This document shows, piece by piece, positions 12,456-28,150 of a DNA stretch of 64,000 nt. The stretch lies in contig OX597814.1 of NCBI GenBank assembly GCA_951406725.2, forward strand, positions 113,894,001 through 113,958,000, given 5' to 3'. Numbering within the stretch: position 1 is the first letter of the stretch; each line of letters opens with the position of its first letter. The translations under genes were made by a program, and so were the position numbers. The stretch is from Octopus vulgaris (lineage: Eukaryota). The notes under the pieces were generated by a model. The model was not told where the DNA came from and ran no database searches. It worked only from the letters and a program-made list of their open reading frames with translations.

Positions 12456-13644
12456 CAGTGTGCGTAAGTTATTTGAGGACAGATTTGTTTATAAAAAAAA
12501 CATATATAATAACAGATACTAACTTTATAAAAAAAATGCTATGTGGATAAAAATAAACCTTTTCTATAATGTTATTCAATAAAGCCACCTTCATCTACAT
12601 GTTTGAATCAAGCGGTCCTGGTTCATTTTGGCAGCTTTCAACGAATATTTGGTGTTATGAGCCTGTTCACTGACCTCTATCTCAACAACGAGCCACATGT
12701 AATAGTCAAATGGATTGAGATCTGGGGAATCAGGAGGCCAAATATTAGGGGTTAGGTGATCATGAAAATTTTCAGCCATCCATTCCTGTGTTACTAGAGC
12801 CATGTGTAATAGTGCAGAGTCTTACTGAAACACATCTGGCTTTCCATTACAGACACTATATCCAGGGCTTCAAAATTATTTCCAGAACCTCAATGTAAGC
12901 AGCAGAGTCAACTCTAACGCCTTGTGAAAAGTAGTAAGGAGGCATCACATGTCCTTCATTGCTGACAACCCATAAAACCATGACAGTGGCAGGAAATTTT
13001 GCATGCATAACACTTATAACTTCAGAAGGGTCTGCACATAACCAACTGTCATTTTTTCTGTTAACTTTTTGATCTTGATCGAAATTTTTCTCGTTTGAGG
13101 AAAACCAAATCAAATCTTCTGCTGGATTTTTCATTTTGTTTAAGAGCCTTTTGAATCTGATGTAGTGATTTTCTTTTGATTTTTCTGACAAATTGACCTT
13201 TCGTCATCATATAAGACATGTATTCGAGGACAATATTTCTGACTGTTCCTTCTGACACATTGGAAATCTTTTGCAATTGATCTCATAGATTTTCTGGGAT
13301 TGTAATCAATGGTTTGTTGAACTTGATGGATAAATTCAGATATTCTGATGATTTCAGTGTTTAGAATGTTTTTTATATCTTGATACTGGTGATATGTTTC
13401 CATCTTCAGTCTCTAACTCCTTATAAACTTTGTAGACAAAAGATCTGGCAACTTTTAAAAATCGAGATATTTCTAAATCGCTATGCCCAGCCTTTATAAC
13501 CAGAATAACAGCATGCCTCTTCATTTCTTGAATAAGTTGAGCATCTGCCATTATTATTTTCTGAAACAAAGATTACACAGTGTTAGCATAAAATGCAGCA
13601 ATGATCCCCCAAAAGGTACATCTTCAAATATCTTACGCACCCTG
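12456..13644 (-). mobile_element. Tc1/mariner superfamily transposon, DD37D (maT) type, pseudogenised
   Basis: TIRs cagtgtgcgtaagttatttgagga (12456) and tcttcaaatatcttacgcaccctg (to 13644), in TA context. Fragments: HTH region KRHAVILVIKAGHS..ISRFLKVARSFVYK, WFSSNEKNF, VMVLWVVS, FQ*DSA...WPPDSPDLNPFDY with 37 residues between the last two catalytic Asp positions. Confidence 0.9.
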
Positions 13645-14063
13645 TATAAATATATAGGCATACCTTTGCACACATACATGTATACATATGTGTGTGTGTA
13701 GGCGTGTTGGCTTGTGTTTAGGGTGTTCCACTCACGATCGTTTCGATTTCCGAACCGGGTGTCATGTTGTGTTCTGGAGCAAAACACTTCATTTCACATT
13801 CCTCTGCTAGTAGGAGAATGGCAGAAATGCTTCATGGTATATCTTCCTGCTCTCTACATTCTGAGTCCAAATCCTAACCGCCTGGAGAAAGCAGCAAGAA
13901 ACTACTCTTCTTTTCATTGCAAGTCCATTCATGGTAACGTAAGTGCACTCCCAGATCGTACATGGAGTGCTAGAGAAGGGTCACATGTTCAGGACTTGCC
14001 CAAGGCCAGACCTCTGCCAGGCTCTACATGTATGTATATATATATATGTATATGTGTGTGTGT

Positions 14064-14095
<32 letters not shown>

Positions 14096-15702
14096 GACGT
14101 TTTTTTTATTACTGTATTAAAACAAAAGTTTACAATGTATAAAAAGGAAGAAGCCAGTCATTTTACTACAGTTGTCAAGAACTCAACTGTCAGTTAAATA
14201 CTTTTTGAAATCTGATGATTACTGCGAACGTATGAAAGCGTTAATTGAACTTTATGAACTTTACAAAATATTTTTTTAATGTTTAACACACTTCAGCATT
14301 GTAAAAATTGTTTAAATACACACACACACACACTAATTGCTGGCAAGGGCACAATATTTTGCTTTGCAATTATAATATAGTATAATCTATATTAAAGGTT
14401 TACAAGTCAATATTCAGACTGTTTTTTTTTTTTGTTACCAGCGCGAAATTCTCATTTTAAAGTTTATCACTACAGCTTTTCTATAAAATTTAGAGCCATC
14501 ACTGCAAGATATGTCGTTTCGTTAGCAAATACGTCTATACAAACAATACGATGGAAAATAGAAAAATAGGTAATACTTGTATATGCATATTTCAAGAGTT
14601 ATTGCGCTATCATCAGCACTACTTCCAACGCATCAAACATCCACGAACACATTGCTTAAATACCTACGAAATTTAGCGGTGTAACATAATCAGATATATC
14701 AATTCATGTATCAAACAGATTCGTGACAACTGGTACGTACATATTAATTATTGGCTGGGACACGATATTTCGAATGCATTTACATATGCGAATTTCGAAA
14801 ACGTCTATTTATGTGAATTTTATATAAGATCTATAGCGGTAAATTTAAAGGTTAGAATATCGCACTGGTAACACAGGATGAGATACAATATTGATTCGTA
14901 AACCTTTAATACATTTGGTAGTATATAACGGTAACGAAAAAATACTGATGATAGTACAATGGGTCTTGAAATATGCAGATACATCCGCTACGTATTTTTT
15001 CTATTTTCAATTGCACTGTTTACATAGACCTATTCGTTTACGAAGCAAGGTAACTGGCGGTGTTGGCTCTGAATTCAGTAAAAAAAAAAACTATAAAGAT
15101 AAGTGTGTGTCTGTGTGTATGTGTTTGTTCCCCTCCATCGCTTTACCACCAGTGATGGTTTGTTTACGATATTGTATTCTAGCTTTTCGGCAAAAGACAA
15201 CGATAGAGTAAGTGCCAAGCTTTGCAAAATATTAATATAAAGCGGCTGCAGTCCAATGATTGAAGCAAGTAAAAGCTAAAAGCTAATACACACACACACA
15301 TGTGTATATACACTAAATATGTATAGTATGTGGGTGTATGGTTATATGATTGTTACTATATATATGTGCACACACCAACACACACACACATATACATAGA
15401 CACACACACACACACACGCACACAAACACACACGCACACACACACACACATATATATATACATATGCATCTATGTATGTATTTTGGATTCTTAGTGAAGA
15501 GGGACATTGCATGCTACCGATGGTTCGTTAGTGCTTTATCTTTCCCATCGATGAAGCTGGTCGATATTGTGCTTTTGATGTTACCGAATTACGTGGACAT
15601 CGAAGAAAGTCATTGAATCTAGGATTTATTCTTTCACTTGCCTTAAATTCTTTACAAGACCACAGATTTTCATGAAATCACGGAAGGACCTCTTTGATGC
15701 TG

Positions 15703-15765
<63 letters not shown>

Positions 15766-16210
15766 TGTGTGTGTGTGTGTGTGTGTGGTGTGTGTGTATA
15801 TTTATATATATATATACACACATAAATAATTGCTTGTGTTACTTTGTCTCTCTGTCTGTTTCTCTCCCTCCACTTTCTATCAGAAACACTAACACGTACA
15901 CGCCGCTCAGATATGCACAAATATATACATAGATACATAAACATACGTACGTACATACATATGCACATACATATATGTAGGGATAGATAAATAACTAGAT
16001 AGATAGTTGGATACATAAATTGACAGATAAATCTTTATATGTATATACACATATATATTTCTGTAGACATGCATATAAATGTACATATATATATTTACAT
16101 GTACATATGTGTATATATATATATAGACAGATAGATATAGCTATACATGCATCTACACATATATATACACATATAATATATATACACATACACACGCATA
16201 CATACACATG

Positions 16211-16253
<43 letters not shown>

Positions 16254-16262
16254 ATATATATA

Positions 16263-16339
<77 letters not shown>

Positions 16340-16659
16340 GTATGTATGTATGTTAGTATGTATGTATGTATGTATTTCCCCACTAATTTATATACATTTC
16401 CGTTTCATTTCCGATATACTTTTTTCATATTGTAGTTGATGGAGTTTTATTACAAAGTAAAAAGTGAAACCATTCAATATTTTGCCAGAATATATTCTAC
16501 AGAACGCGTCTACAATCTTCGTCCTGTTATCTTCATCATCCAACTCCATAACCGTTTCTTGTTTAACAGTAAATACACATTGAAAAATACTGCTCTCTAT
16601 TCAATCGAAGTTATTGGTTATTGTCAATAACAAATACATTCTGCTATTCTATTATTCTT

Positions 16660-17032
16660 GAGTGGCTGTGTGGTAAGTAGCTTGCTTACCAACCACATGG
16701 CTCCGTGTTCAGTCCCACTGTGTGGCACCTTGGGCAAGTGTCTTCTACTATAGCCTCAGACCGACCAAAGCCTTGTGGGTTGATTTGGTAGAAGGAAACT
16801 GAAAGAAGCCCGTTCTATATATGTATATGTGTGTTTGCGCACCCCTCTCCCAACATCGCTTGACAACCGATGCTGGTGTGTTTATGTCCCTGTAACTTAG
16901 CGGTTCGGCAAAAGACTCCGATAGAATAAGTACTAAGCTTACGAAGAATAAAACCTGGGGTTGATTTGCTCGACTAAAGGCGATGCTCCAGCATGGCCGC
17001 AGTAAATGACTGAAACAAGTAAAAGAGTAAGA
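16660..17032 (+). mobile_element. SINE family A (followed tail-to-tail by a diverged minus copy ~17035-17590)
   Basis: Direct sequence similarity to the other copies. Confidence 0.85.
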
Positions 17033-18282
17033 GTTACTTGTTTCACGCATTGAGCTGTGGCCATGCTGGGACATCGCTTTAAAGGGTTTTGCTTAGTCAT
17101 GGACAAACTGCGACCCGCAGAAGATTTTGAATGGCATGCCTAACGGAGAATTACCTGGAATGATTTTAGTTGTGTGGCCCGCCAGAGGATGATCCCTGTC
17201 TAATGTGGCTCCCTTCTTGAAAAAAAGGGTTTTCCATGCTGATTCGTTCGGTTTAGCCGAACAAATAGACCCCGCTATTTTTTCTTTTCTCTTTTTGTTT
17301 GTTTGTTAAAATCGCGTCTATCGTTCACTTTCTGCTGAACCGCTACATTACAAGGACGTAAACAAACCAACACTGGTTTTCAAGCAAGACAACTACAAAG
17401 TCATACATATACATACGCCCCCCCACACACACACAGAGGCATATACATAACACGGACTTCTATACAGTTTCCGTCAAATACATCCATTCACAACAAATTG
17501 GTTGACTTCGGAGCTATAATAAAAGATACTTGTCTCAGGCGCCGCACAGTGGGACTGAACCTAATACTACGTGGCTTCGAAGTGAACATGTGATTTGTGG
17601 AATTATAGGAATTGAAGGAATCCATAGACAAAAAGAAAAAATGGTTGGGAAGCATTGTATTAGGCGCAGACGTGGCTGCGTAGGTAAATATCTTGTTTCC
17701 AAGCCTGTGGTATTAGGTTCAGTCCGATTGTGTGGGGAGGACATAGGAAGTAGAGATATAAAATGTCTTTAAATGCAGAGAATTGTGATAAGTTTCTGAA
17801 GGCGTTGATGTTTCATCTCAGGTCAGAATGGATTGAGCAGATTTATAACTAAAGACGTCCCATCCGTGAACATCCAAACTTATACATACCTAGGACCATA
17901 ATATACAAATACAGTTGGAAGGATGTGATGTGATGTAGGCTGACTGTGATTTGAAGTATGTTTGGCTGTTGTTTCTTGCATGCTGAGCAACCGCTTAGAG
18001 GCCATTCGTTGGCTCGCGTGGAGTAACTTTAATGATGGCAGCGTATTAAGAAGAAAAATGAAGAAAAAGAAAACGCGGCGACGGCGTTAATGGTAATAGT
18101 AGTGGTGGTGATGGTGGTGGTGGTGGTTTTTGTATTAAATATTATTTAAATTTGAAATATGTGACTTCTGAGCTGTTGTGCAGGAAATGGTGTGAGAAAG
18201 GGTGCAGTGAAGCGGGCTTTTCTACCATGTAATCATCATATATTGATAGGCACACACACAAACACACACACGCACATGCGTG

Positions 18283-18314
<32 letters not shown>

Positions 18315-18425
18315 CGTGTGTATTAGTCTATATGTATGTATTCATTTACGTGCACATGAATGCGTATATGTGCATGTATATACGAATATATATATGAAAG
18401 TATGTGTACATTTTTGCACGTATGC

Positions 18426-18473
<48 letters not shown>

Positions 18474-18609
18474 ATGTATGTATACTTGAATGCACTTATA
18501 TATATATATATATATATATATACATGGACATAAACTTGCATGTATGCAGGCATATATGCATGCATATATACATATATATATATATATATATGTGTATGTG
18601 TGTGTGTGT

Positions 18610-18659
<50 letters not shown>

Positions 18660-18905
18660 AAGCGCTATGTCTAATGCATAAGAATCAAAATTGGTAAATG
18701 GCAAATTCCATGATATTAAATCCAGTGAGAAAATATAAATTATCCACATTAATAACAATGAAATGGTGACTCAATGAAATATATAAGCACTCTTATGTAT
18801 GTATGAATGAATGTCGTATGTACGCATATATAAGTACGTATGTATGTATGGTTGAATGTAAGAATTTATCTATGTATTATGTATGCACGTAAGTATGTAT
18901 GTACA

Positions 18906-19071
18906 TAGGCGCAGGAGTGACTGTGTGGTAAGTCAACTTACTTACCAACCACATGGTTCCCAGCTCAGTCCCACTGCGTGGCACCGTGGGCAAGTGTTTT
19001 CTACTATAGCCTGGAGCCGACCAAAGCCTTGTGAGTGACGGAAACTGAAAGAAGCCCGTCGTATCTATCTG

Positions 19072-19152
<81 letters not shown>

Positions 19153-19169
19153 GTGTGTATATATGTATA

Positions 19170-19203
<34 letters not shown>

Positions 19204-19398
19204 ATTGCGCACCCTCCTCCCAACATCGCTTGACAACCGATGCTGGTGTGTTAACGTCCCCGTAACTTAGCGGTTCGGCAAAAGACCCCGATAGAATAAG
19301 TACTAGGCTTACGAAGAATAAATCCTGGGGTCAATTTGCGCGACTAAAGGTGGTGCTCCAGCATGGCCGCAGTCAAATGACAAACAAAAGAATAAAAG
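18906..19398 (+). mobile_element. SINE family A with (TATC)n-expanded centre
   Basis: Full head aggcgcaggagtgactgtgtggtaag and conserved tail. Confidence 0.9.
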
Positions 19399-19781
19399 AT
19401 TATATGAGTTTGTATGTATGTATGTGTGTATGAAGTATGCATATATGTATGTAAATAATTATGTATGCATCTATGTAAGTAGGCATGTATGTACCCTTCG
19501 TATGTATTCATGTATGTGTGTGTGTGTATGGGTCTAAATGTTTTTCTCTGTGCGTGTGTGCGCATACCTACCTCATTCAGTTTCGTGAAAAATCTATGCA
19601 TACTGTTCTGTTTGTGATGAGGTGTGCTGGATGGTGTGTTCGAGACTTACGCTTTAGGCAAACTTAACTACAGGACGAAATCCAGAGACATAATCTGTAA
19701 CATAGGGGAAAGTACTTCGTGTATGACGCTGTGAAACCTTTTGCATCGAACGACGTCGAAATATAAATAATTTTTTTTATA

Positions 19782-20280
<499 letters not shown>

Positions 20281-20678
20281 GATATAATGAAACGGAAATA
20301 GTACGGAAGCCTGTCGGTACCCGTAATTCAAAAGTGCGACCTCATCACAATGTGTTACGCGTAATCTACTTGAGAATATTATCAAAAGGTTACAGGCATC
20401 TGTGGAGCCGTCAGCCACTAGTATGTTCATTCAATGACTTGATGTTTCTTTCGATCAATCAGCTGAACTACCATTTGTCGTCTTCAGCAGAGAATCCCTC
20501 ATTCATGTATGATACATCAGTTAACACATGCAATGGACTGAGCTGGGAGAACGTTAACAAGCCGGTTAAAATGTTTAGTGACATTTCGTCCGTCTTTATG
20601 TTTTCATTTCAAATTCTGTCAAGATCGACTTTGTCTTTCCTCTTTTCGGTGATGATAAAACAAGTAACACACGAACAA

Positions 20679-20763
<85 letters not shown>

Positions 20764-20922
20764 AGGGGCTTCTTTCTGTTTCCGTCAACCAAATCCACTC
20801 ACAAGGCTTTGGTCGGCCCGGGGTTAGAGTAGAAGACACTTGCCCGAGGTGCGACGCAGTGGGACTGAACCCAGAACCATGTAGTCGGGAAGCAAACTAC
20901 TTATCACACAGTCACGTTTGCG

Positions 20923-20970
<48 letters not shown>

Positions 20971-20972
<2 letters not shown>

Positions 20973-23900
20973 GAACATCAGAGGACTACTAACACACAGT
21001 AACAGGACAAAAGTCCCGTTCTTGAGAGACTTTGTTGCATGCAATCAAGCCTTATGCATAGCACTTACGGAAACACACCTGAAACCGGACATAGCGGATG
21101 CGGAAGTACACATACCACAGTATGTTGTACTACGGACCGACAGAAAAGAAAGGAGTCATGGAGGAGTTGCTATGTACATCCGTGAGGACCTCACACCCCA
21201 GGTCCTTTTGTCATACTCAAACTCGGTGTGTGACACACTAATTGTACATGTAAGGCAACTTGGTGTAGGTGTGTGTGCTACATATCGCCCTCCAGATGCC
21301 CCGAGCCATATGGGCAAGTTTGAAGACTGCCTTATAAAAATAGAAGTTCTAGTCACACTAAAACAGCACATAAGTGTACTTCTCATGGGAGACTTCAACC
21401 TGCCCAATGTCAGATGGCCCGAGGGCCTTTCTCTCCCAGGAATGACACGATGTGAACGAGGACAGGCGAGGTCCCTCCTGAACCTCATCAACACCCTGTA
21501 CATGGAGCAAGTAATACTCCAACCAACCAGGGCAGGTAACACACTGGATCTCTGCTTCACAAATAATATGGATCTCATCCATAATGTGAAAGTGACACCG
21601 ACACTACTCTCGGATCACAACATGGCAGAGCTGACCATGTACGGGCCAAAGGAAAGCATGGACATGCAGCCTACAAGAAACTCTCAAAATCTTTCCAGCT
21701 TGAACTTCAATAAGGCAAACTGGAAACAAATTGAGAAAGAGATCCTCAAACAAAACTGGCCTGAATGTCTCTCCTCGCCGGACATCGACATGAAACTTCA
21801 ACAATTCATGTCTGTAATGCAAGCCATATGCTACAAATGTGTCCCAGAGAGAAAGGCCACTATACACAAGAACAAAATCCCCAGAGAGAGGAAAATTCTA
21901 ATGAGACGGCGCACAAAAATCTCAAATCGCCTAAACAAACAAATTGAAAGCAGTGAAAAGTCCCGCCTGAAAATGAAACTGTTGGAAATTGAAAACTGTC
22001 TGCAACTCTCCCATGAAAAGGAAAGAGCAGACAAAGAAGCCTGGGCTATAGACAACATAAAATCTAACCCCAGAGCTTTCTACAGGTATGCCAAAGAAAC
22101 AGCTACGGTGCACTGTAGGATAGGGCCACTCCTTGAAAGGGATGGCACACTCACAGGAAATCCAATGAGGGTAAGTGAAATACTAAATGAGCAATTCAAG
22201 AGTGTTTTCACCCCACCCCTTGGGCATTTCCAAATCAGCAATCCAACTGACTTCTTCACCACTGCAGATATGGGGTCAGAGGCGGCGATGATTGATTACA
22301 TCAATATAAAGGAAGACGATGTAATAAAGGCTATAGATGAAATGAAAACAGACTCAGCAACTGGCCCCGATGGATTCCCAGCAATCCTTCTAAAAGTATG
22401 TAAGAGGGTCCTAGCAAGGCCACTGCGGTCTCTCTTTCAGAGCTTCCTTGCAACTGGCAAACTTCCAAGTAAACTGAAGGAAGGTAAAATATGCCCTATT
22501 CATAAAGGAGGTAGCAGAGCGGAGGCCAAGAACTACAGACCTATCTCCCTAACCTCACACATCAGCAAGGTCATGGAACGAATAGTCAGAAGGAAACTAA
22601 TCACCTTCCTTGAAGAAAATGACTTGCTGCCTGACACCCAACATGGTTTCCGACCAGGAAGAAGCTGCTTAACTCAGCTCCTACAACACTATGACTGGGT
22701 GCTGAAACAACTGCTCAACCACTCAAATGTGGAAGTCATATATCTCGACTTTGCAAAGGCCTTTGATAAAGTCGATCATGGAATGATATGTCACAAACTG
22801 CGTGATCTTGGCGTAGTTGGAAAATTGGGAGAATGGCTTCATGACTTTCTGAAGAATAGAAGTCAGGTGGTAACAGCCCAACTTCCATTAACACGCAAAT
22901 AGTGAGCGGTGTTCCGCAGGGCACTGTTTTGGGACCACTACTGTTCATAATGGCCCTCTCAGACATGCCCTCAGCCACGCAGAGAGCCACGATCACAAGT
23001 TATGCAGATGATACAAAAGTCTCACAGGCAATACAGAACCCTGAAGACACTAAGCACCTGCAATGTGAGCTGGACGAAATATACAAGTGGGCTGAAAAGA
23101 ATAGCATGCAGTTCAATGCTGAAAAGTTTCAAGCTTTATACTATCAGCATGCAAAACTGAATGCAATACCCAATGAATACACTGGACCCGGAGGGATTGC
23201 AATCCCAGAGGCACAATCAGTGCGTGACTTGGGTATTCACATGAGTGATGACGAGACCTTTCATGTACATGTTGCTAAACTGGCAATGAAATGTAGACGG
23301 CTGGCTGGATGGATCCTTAGAACCTTTAGAACAAGAGAACAAGAAACCATGATGGTCCTCTGGAAGACACTTGTCCTAAGCCACTTTGACTATTGCTCTC
23401 AGCTGTGGTCACCATCCAGTGTCAAGTTGATCACAGAACTTGAGGCGATCCACCGAAGCTACGAAGCCTCTGTGCAGCATATGAGCTACTGGGAAAGGCT
23501 CAAGAGATTAAAGCTCTATTCCCTGGAGCGTAGGCGAGAAAGATATGCCATAATATATATCTGGAAGATCCTGGAAGGACTTGTCCCAAACTTTGGCATC
23601 GAGAGTCACACAAATGCCAGAACCGGGCGCCACTGCGTGGTACCAAGGACTCCAAATTTGCCATCAAGATGTAGGACAAGATATTGTGATAGCCTGGGCT
23701 TCAGAGGCCCACAGCTCTTCAATATCCTCCCAAAGAACCTGAGGGACCTGCATGGTGTAGATGCGGATGTCTTTAAAGTAGGACTGGACCTCTTCCTGTC
23801 AGGTGTCCCGGATGAACCAACTTCACGGCAGGAGGTGCAGATGAGGGCAGCTGCATCGAACTCTCTCATGCATCAGATGGCGTTTGCTAAAAAGCATCCG

Positions 23901-23993
23901 TGAGGTAAAATCGTGTAGCAAACCAAATGGCGGTGCCCCAGCATGGCCACAGCTCATTAGCTGAAACTGGAAAAATCAAAATCAAAATCAAAA

Positions 23994-23996
<3 letters not shown>
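20971..23996 (+). mobile_element. CR1/L2-group LINE, nearly complete ORF2 (APE endonuclease + RT), one frameshift at ~22880
   Basis: LNIRGL (in frame from 20971), IALTETHL, GDFN, LDLCFTNN, SDH (APE); [62 protein letters not shown]. 3' stem-loop then (AAAATC)n tail; (TA)n on both flanks. Confidence 0.95.
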
Positions 23997-24029
<33 letters not shown>

Positions 24030-24325
24030 AAGAGTTGTTGATGACACGGTCGTTATTACTCGGAGTATCATAGGCACGAATGTAAACGTCTGACTTTTCA
24101 AATGACATGTATAGAAACTTCATGCAGCTAGCAGACATGCTTTAATGTCTATAGAACTGCGAGGAATTTGGTGTGTAAGTCACCAACTATTCACCTACGA
24201 ATTGAAATTCTACGCACTGTACCGAGTACTCTTTGCTTTCGGTGTGTGTGTATATGTGCGCATGTGCGGATGCATATGTACGTATATGAGTGTTAATGTA
24301 CAGATATATATATATATATATATAA

Positions 24326-24361
<36 letters not shown>

Positions 24362-24626
24362 GTACATGAACACATGTCGATATGAGTATCAACCCATCTA
24401 TATATATATCGTATATATAGATAATCTACATACACACACACACACAGACACACACACCGGCAAACACGTGTATCGATATGCTCAGAAAGTAAAACAGTTC
24501 AATACGTAAGAACATCTGTAGTGTCTGTGTGTCCGTCCATCAATCTCCGTACGTCATCAGCTCACTATCTCTCATCCAATTTCTCTCTATTTATCTCTTC
24601 TGACTTATTGTCCCATTCTATATGCG

Positions 24627-24698
<72 letters not shown>

Positions 24699-24872
24699 GC
24701 TGTCTGTCTGCCTATCTGTCTATCTACCTATCTGTCTATCTATCTTGTCAATCTATTTATGCCTACCTGCCTGTCTCTCCCCCACCCTCCTACTCTTTCT
24801 GTTTCCCTTTTTCTTCCAATCTCTCTTTCTTCCCATCTCTCTCTCTCTCTATATATATATATGTGTGTGTAG

Positions 24873-24943
<71 letters not shown>

Positions 24944-25015
24944 TATATATATACACACAAATATACATACATTTATATATACACACACATGCATATATAC
25001 ACAAACACACACACA

Positions 25016-25095
<80 letters not shown>

Positions 25096-25096
25096 C

Positions 25097-25730
25097 ATGC
25101 GCAGGAGTGGCTGTGTGGTAACAAACTTGATTACCATCCCCATGGTCCCAGGTTCTGTCCCACTGCGTGGCACCTTGGGCAAATGTCTTCTATAGCCTCG
25201 ATTGGCCAAAGCCTTGTGAGTGGATTTAGCAAACGGAAATTGAAAGAAGCCCGTCGTGTATGTATATATATATATTTATGTGTGTGTGTTTGTCTCCCAC
25301 TATCGCTTGACAACCGATGCAGGTGTGTTTACGTCACCGTAGCCTAGCGGTTCGTCAAAGAGACCGATAGAATATGTACTAGGCTTACAAAGAACAAGTA
25401 CTGGCGGCGATTTGATCGACTAAAGGTCCCAGGTTCTGTCCCACTGCGTGGCACCTTGGGCAAATGTCTTCTATAGCCTCGATTGGCCAAAGCCTTGTGA
25501 GTGGATTTAGCAAACGGAAATTGAAAGAAGCCCGTCGTGTATGTATATATATATATTTATGTGTGTGTGTTTGTCTCCCACTATCGCTTGACAACCGATG
25601 CAGGTGTGTTTAGAGACCGATAGAATATGTACTAGGCTTACAAAGAACAAGTACTGGCGGCGATTTGATCGACTAAAGGCGTTGCTCCAGCATGGCCGCA
25701 GTCAAATGACTAAAACAAGTAGAAGAAAAA
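25097..25730 (+). mobile_element. SINE family A with ~280-bp internal tandem duplication
   Basis: 25145-25424 is repeated at 25425-~25678; the second copy has a ~28-nt deletion. Confidence 0.85.
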
Positions 25731-25793
25731 AAATATATATATACATATGTATATATACATATATATAAGTATATATACATTTTTGTGTGTGTG

Positions 25794-25835
<42 letters not shown>

Positions 25836-26225
25836 GCACACATTATGCGATCTATCTATCTATCTATCTCTCTTTTTCTCTATCTACCATCCATCCATCC
25901 ATCTACCCATCAATCTATCCTCTTCTCATTGCCACCCATTATCTCACTAACATAACAATACTCTTCATTAAAACATTGTGTGTCTCCTTAATTTTATTCA
26001 CTCCATCTTTCATTTTAGCCCAGGCTCTTTCCACTGCTCTCATCTGACTTTCCTCGTTAAGATATCACACTGTAAAGATGTTCCTATATCGTTATCATCT
26101 CTGATAAACACATTTTCTGTGTGATAAAACGATCCGCACCAACCCGTGTTATATATATCTCTACCAATCTAGCCGATACACAATGGCAGTCATTAACTGA
26201 AAGATAGCGAGAATTTTGACGATCG

Positions 26226-26280
<55 letters not shown>

Positions 26281-26363
26281 GATAGTATTATTTTTTATTT
26301 TTCCTTCTTTCTTCAAATTTTCCATTTCTTGCCGAGTGTTTTACGTACACCTAGGGCAGATTA

Positions 26364-26422
<59 letters not shown>

Positions 26423-26534
26423 ATTATTATTTGTTGTTGTTGTTGCTGTTGTTTTTAACATCTACCTGCATGGATTTCCCCAACATCGTATTATTTTATA
26501 TTGTCAGTCCGCCTCTCAGTCCGTCTCTCAGTTG

Positions 26535-26655
<121 letters not shown>

Positions 26656-26656
26656 C

Positions 26657-26729
<73 letters not shown>

Positions 26730-26730
26730 C

Positions 26731-26855
<125 letters not shown>

Positions 26856-26879
26856 GTATATGTGTTCGTGTGTATATTC

Positions 26880-27250
26880 TTTTACTCTTTAACTTGTCTC
26901 AGTCATTTGACTGCGACCATGCTGAAGCACCGCCTTTAGTCGAAGAAATAGTCTCCATTACTTATTCCTTGTAAGCCTAGTACTTATTTTATTAGTCTCT
27001 TTTGCCGAACCGCTAAGTTACGGGACGTAAACACACTAACATCGGTTATCAAGCGATGGTAGGGGACGGACACAGACACACACACATACGTCGGGCTTCT
27101 TTCAGTTTCCATGTACCAAATCCACCCACAAGGCTTTGGTCAGCCCGAGGCTATAGATAGGAGAAGGCACTTACCCAAGGTGCCACGCAGTGGGACTGAT
27201 CCTGGAACCATGTAGTTGGGAAGCAAGCTTCTTACTACACTGCCACGCTA
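26880..27250 (-). mobile_element. SINE family A
   Basis: Reverse complement of the consensus unit. Confidence 0.85.
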
Positions 27251-27355
27251 GTTTCTAACCTGCCTTTCGTTTGATATTTTTATGTATCCAAGTATATATG
27301 CATGAATATATGTATGTGCGCATTCATATACATACATACATACATGTATACATGT

Positions 27356-27409
<54 letters not shown>

Positions 27410-27594
27410 TTACCTTTCTTTCATATATATATAAGTTCAGCAAAATTTAGTTTCAGATGAAGGTACCAGAATTTGGTATGGTATTATCCATATAAATCAA
27501 ATGAGGTGATTATAATCAAAATAAGCAACAAGGATATCCAAGGATATCTACACTTCTTTGGATATCCTTGTTGCTTATTTTGATTATAATGGCG

Positions 27595-27707
27595 ATTGGG
27601 ATCATGTGGATGAGAAATGCGCGATCCAGAGAGGTGTGCACAGCGTGCTGTGACCAGCGGTGTGAAATGGACGCCCGACGGATTGGTCGGTCAAGGTGAT
27701 CAAGGTG
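27595..27707 (+). mobile_element. Short RTE-like LINE 3' end
   Basis: Translates WMRNARSREV (W..A.xR..W C-terminal pattern of RTE), followed by tgtgaccagcggtgtg...ggtcggtcaaggtgatcaaggtga tandem tail. Confidence 0.5.
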
Positions 27708-27934
27708 ATATATATAAAATACAAACTGGGACAAGAATGCAAAATATCCAGACAGTTAGGTGATACAAAAAAGGGACAACAAATCATCCAGATAGACGGT
27801 ATAAACAAAACAATGACGGGTCATTCGGAGTTTCTTTCCTCAGTCGAGTTCCAGATTATCGTTGCAATTTTGGCTGGTTATACTCGAGATTGCTCCAATC
27901 TGGCCAGCCCCAAGGAAAAGCTAAGCTAAGAGCA

Positions 27935-28150
27935 TAAGGCGAGCTGGCAGAAACGTTAGCATGCTGGGTGAAATACTTAGCAGTATTTCGTCTGTCTTTA
28001 TGTTCTGAGTTCAAATTCCGGTGAGGTCAGCTTTGCTTTTCATCCTTTCGGGTTCGATAAATTAAGTATCAGTTGCGTACTGGGGTCGATCTAATCGATT
28101 GGCCCCCTCCCCGAAAATTTCGGGCCTTGTGCCAAGAGTAGAAAAGAATA
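27935..28150 (+). mobile_element. tRNA-derived SINE family B (~210 bp). Further copies: 36859-37065+, 37126-37340+, 38518-38730+, 38812-38968+, 42378-42582-, 44700-44875-, 51310-51485-, 53020-53222-, 58565-58780-, 58975-59195+
   Basis: Recurrent unit ggcgagctggcagaa(a/t)cgttagc...gttctgagttcaaattcc (B box)...ctttgcctttcatcctttcggggtcgataaattaagtaccag...ggccttgtgcc..agtagaaa, often ending in (ATT)n. Confidence 0.88.
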
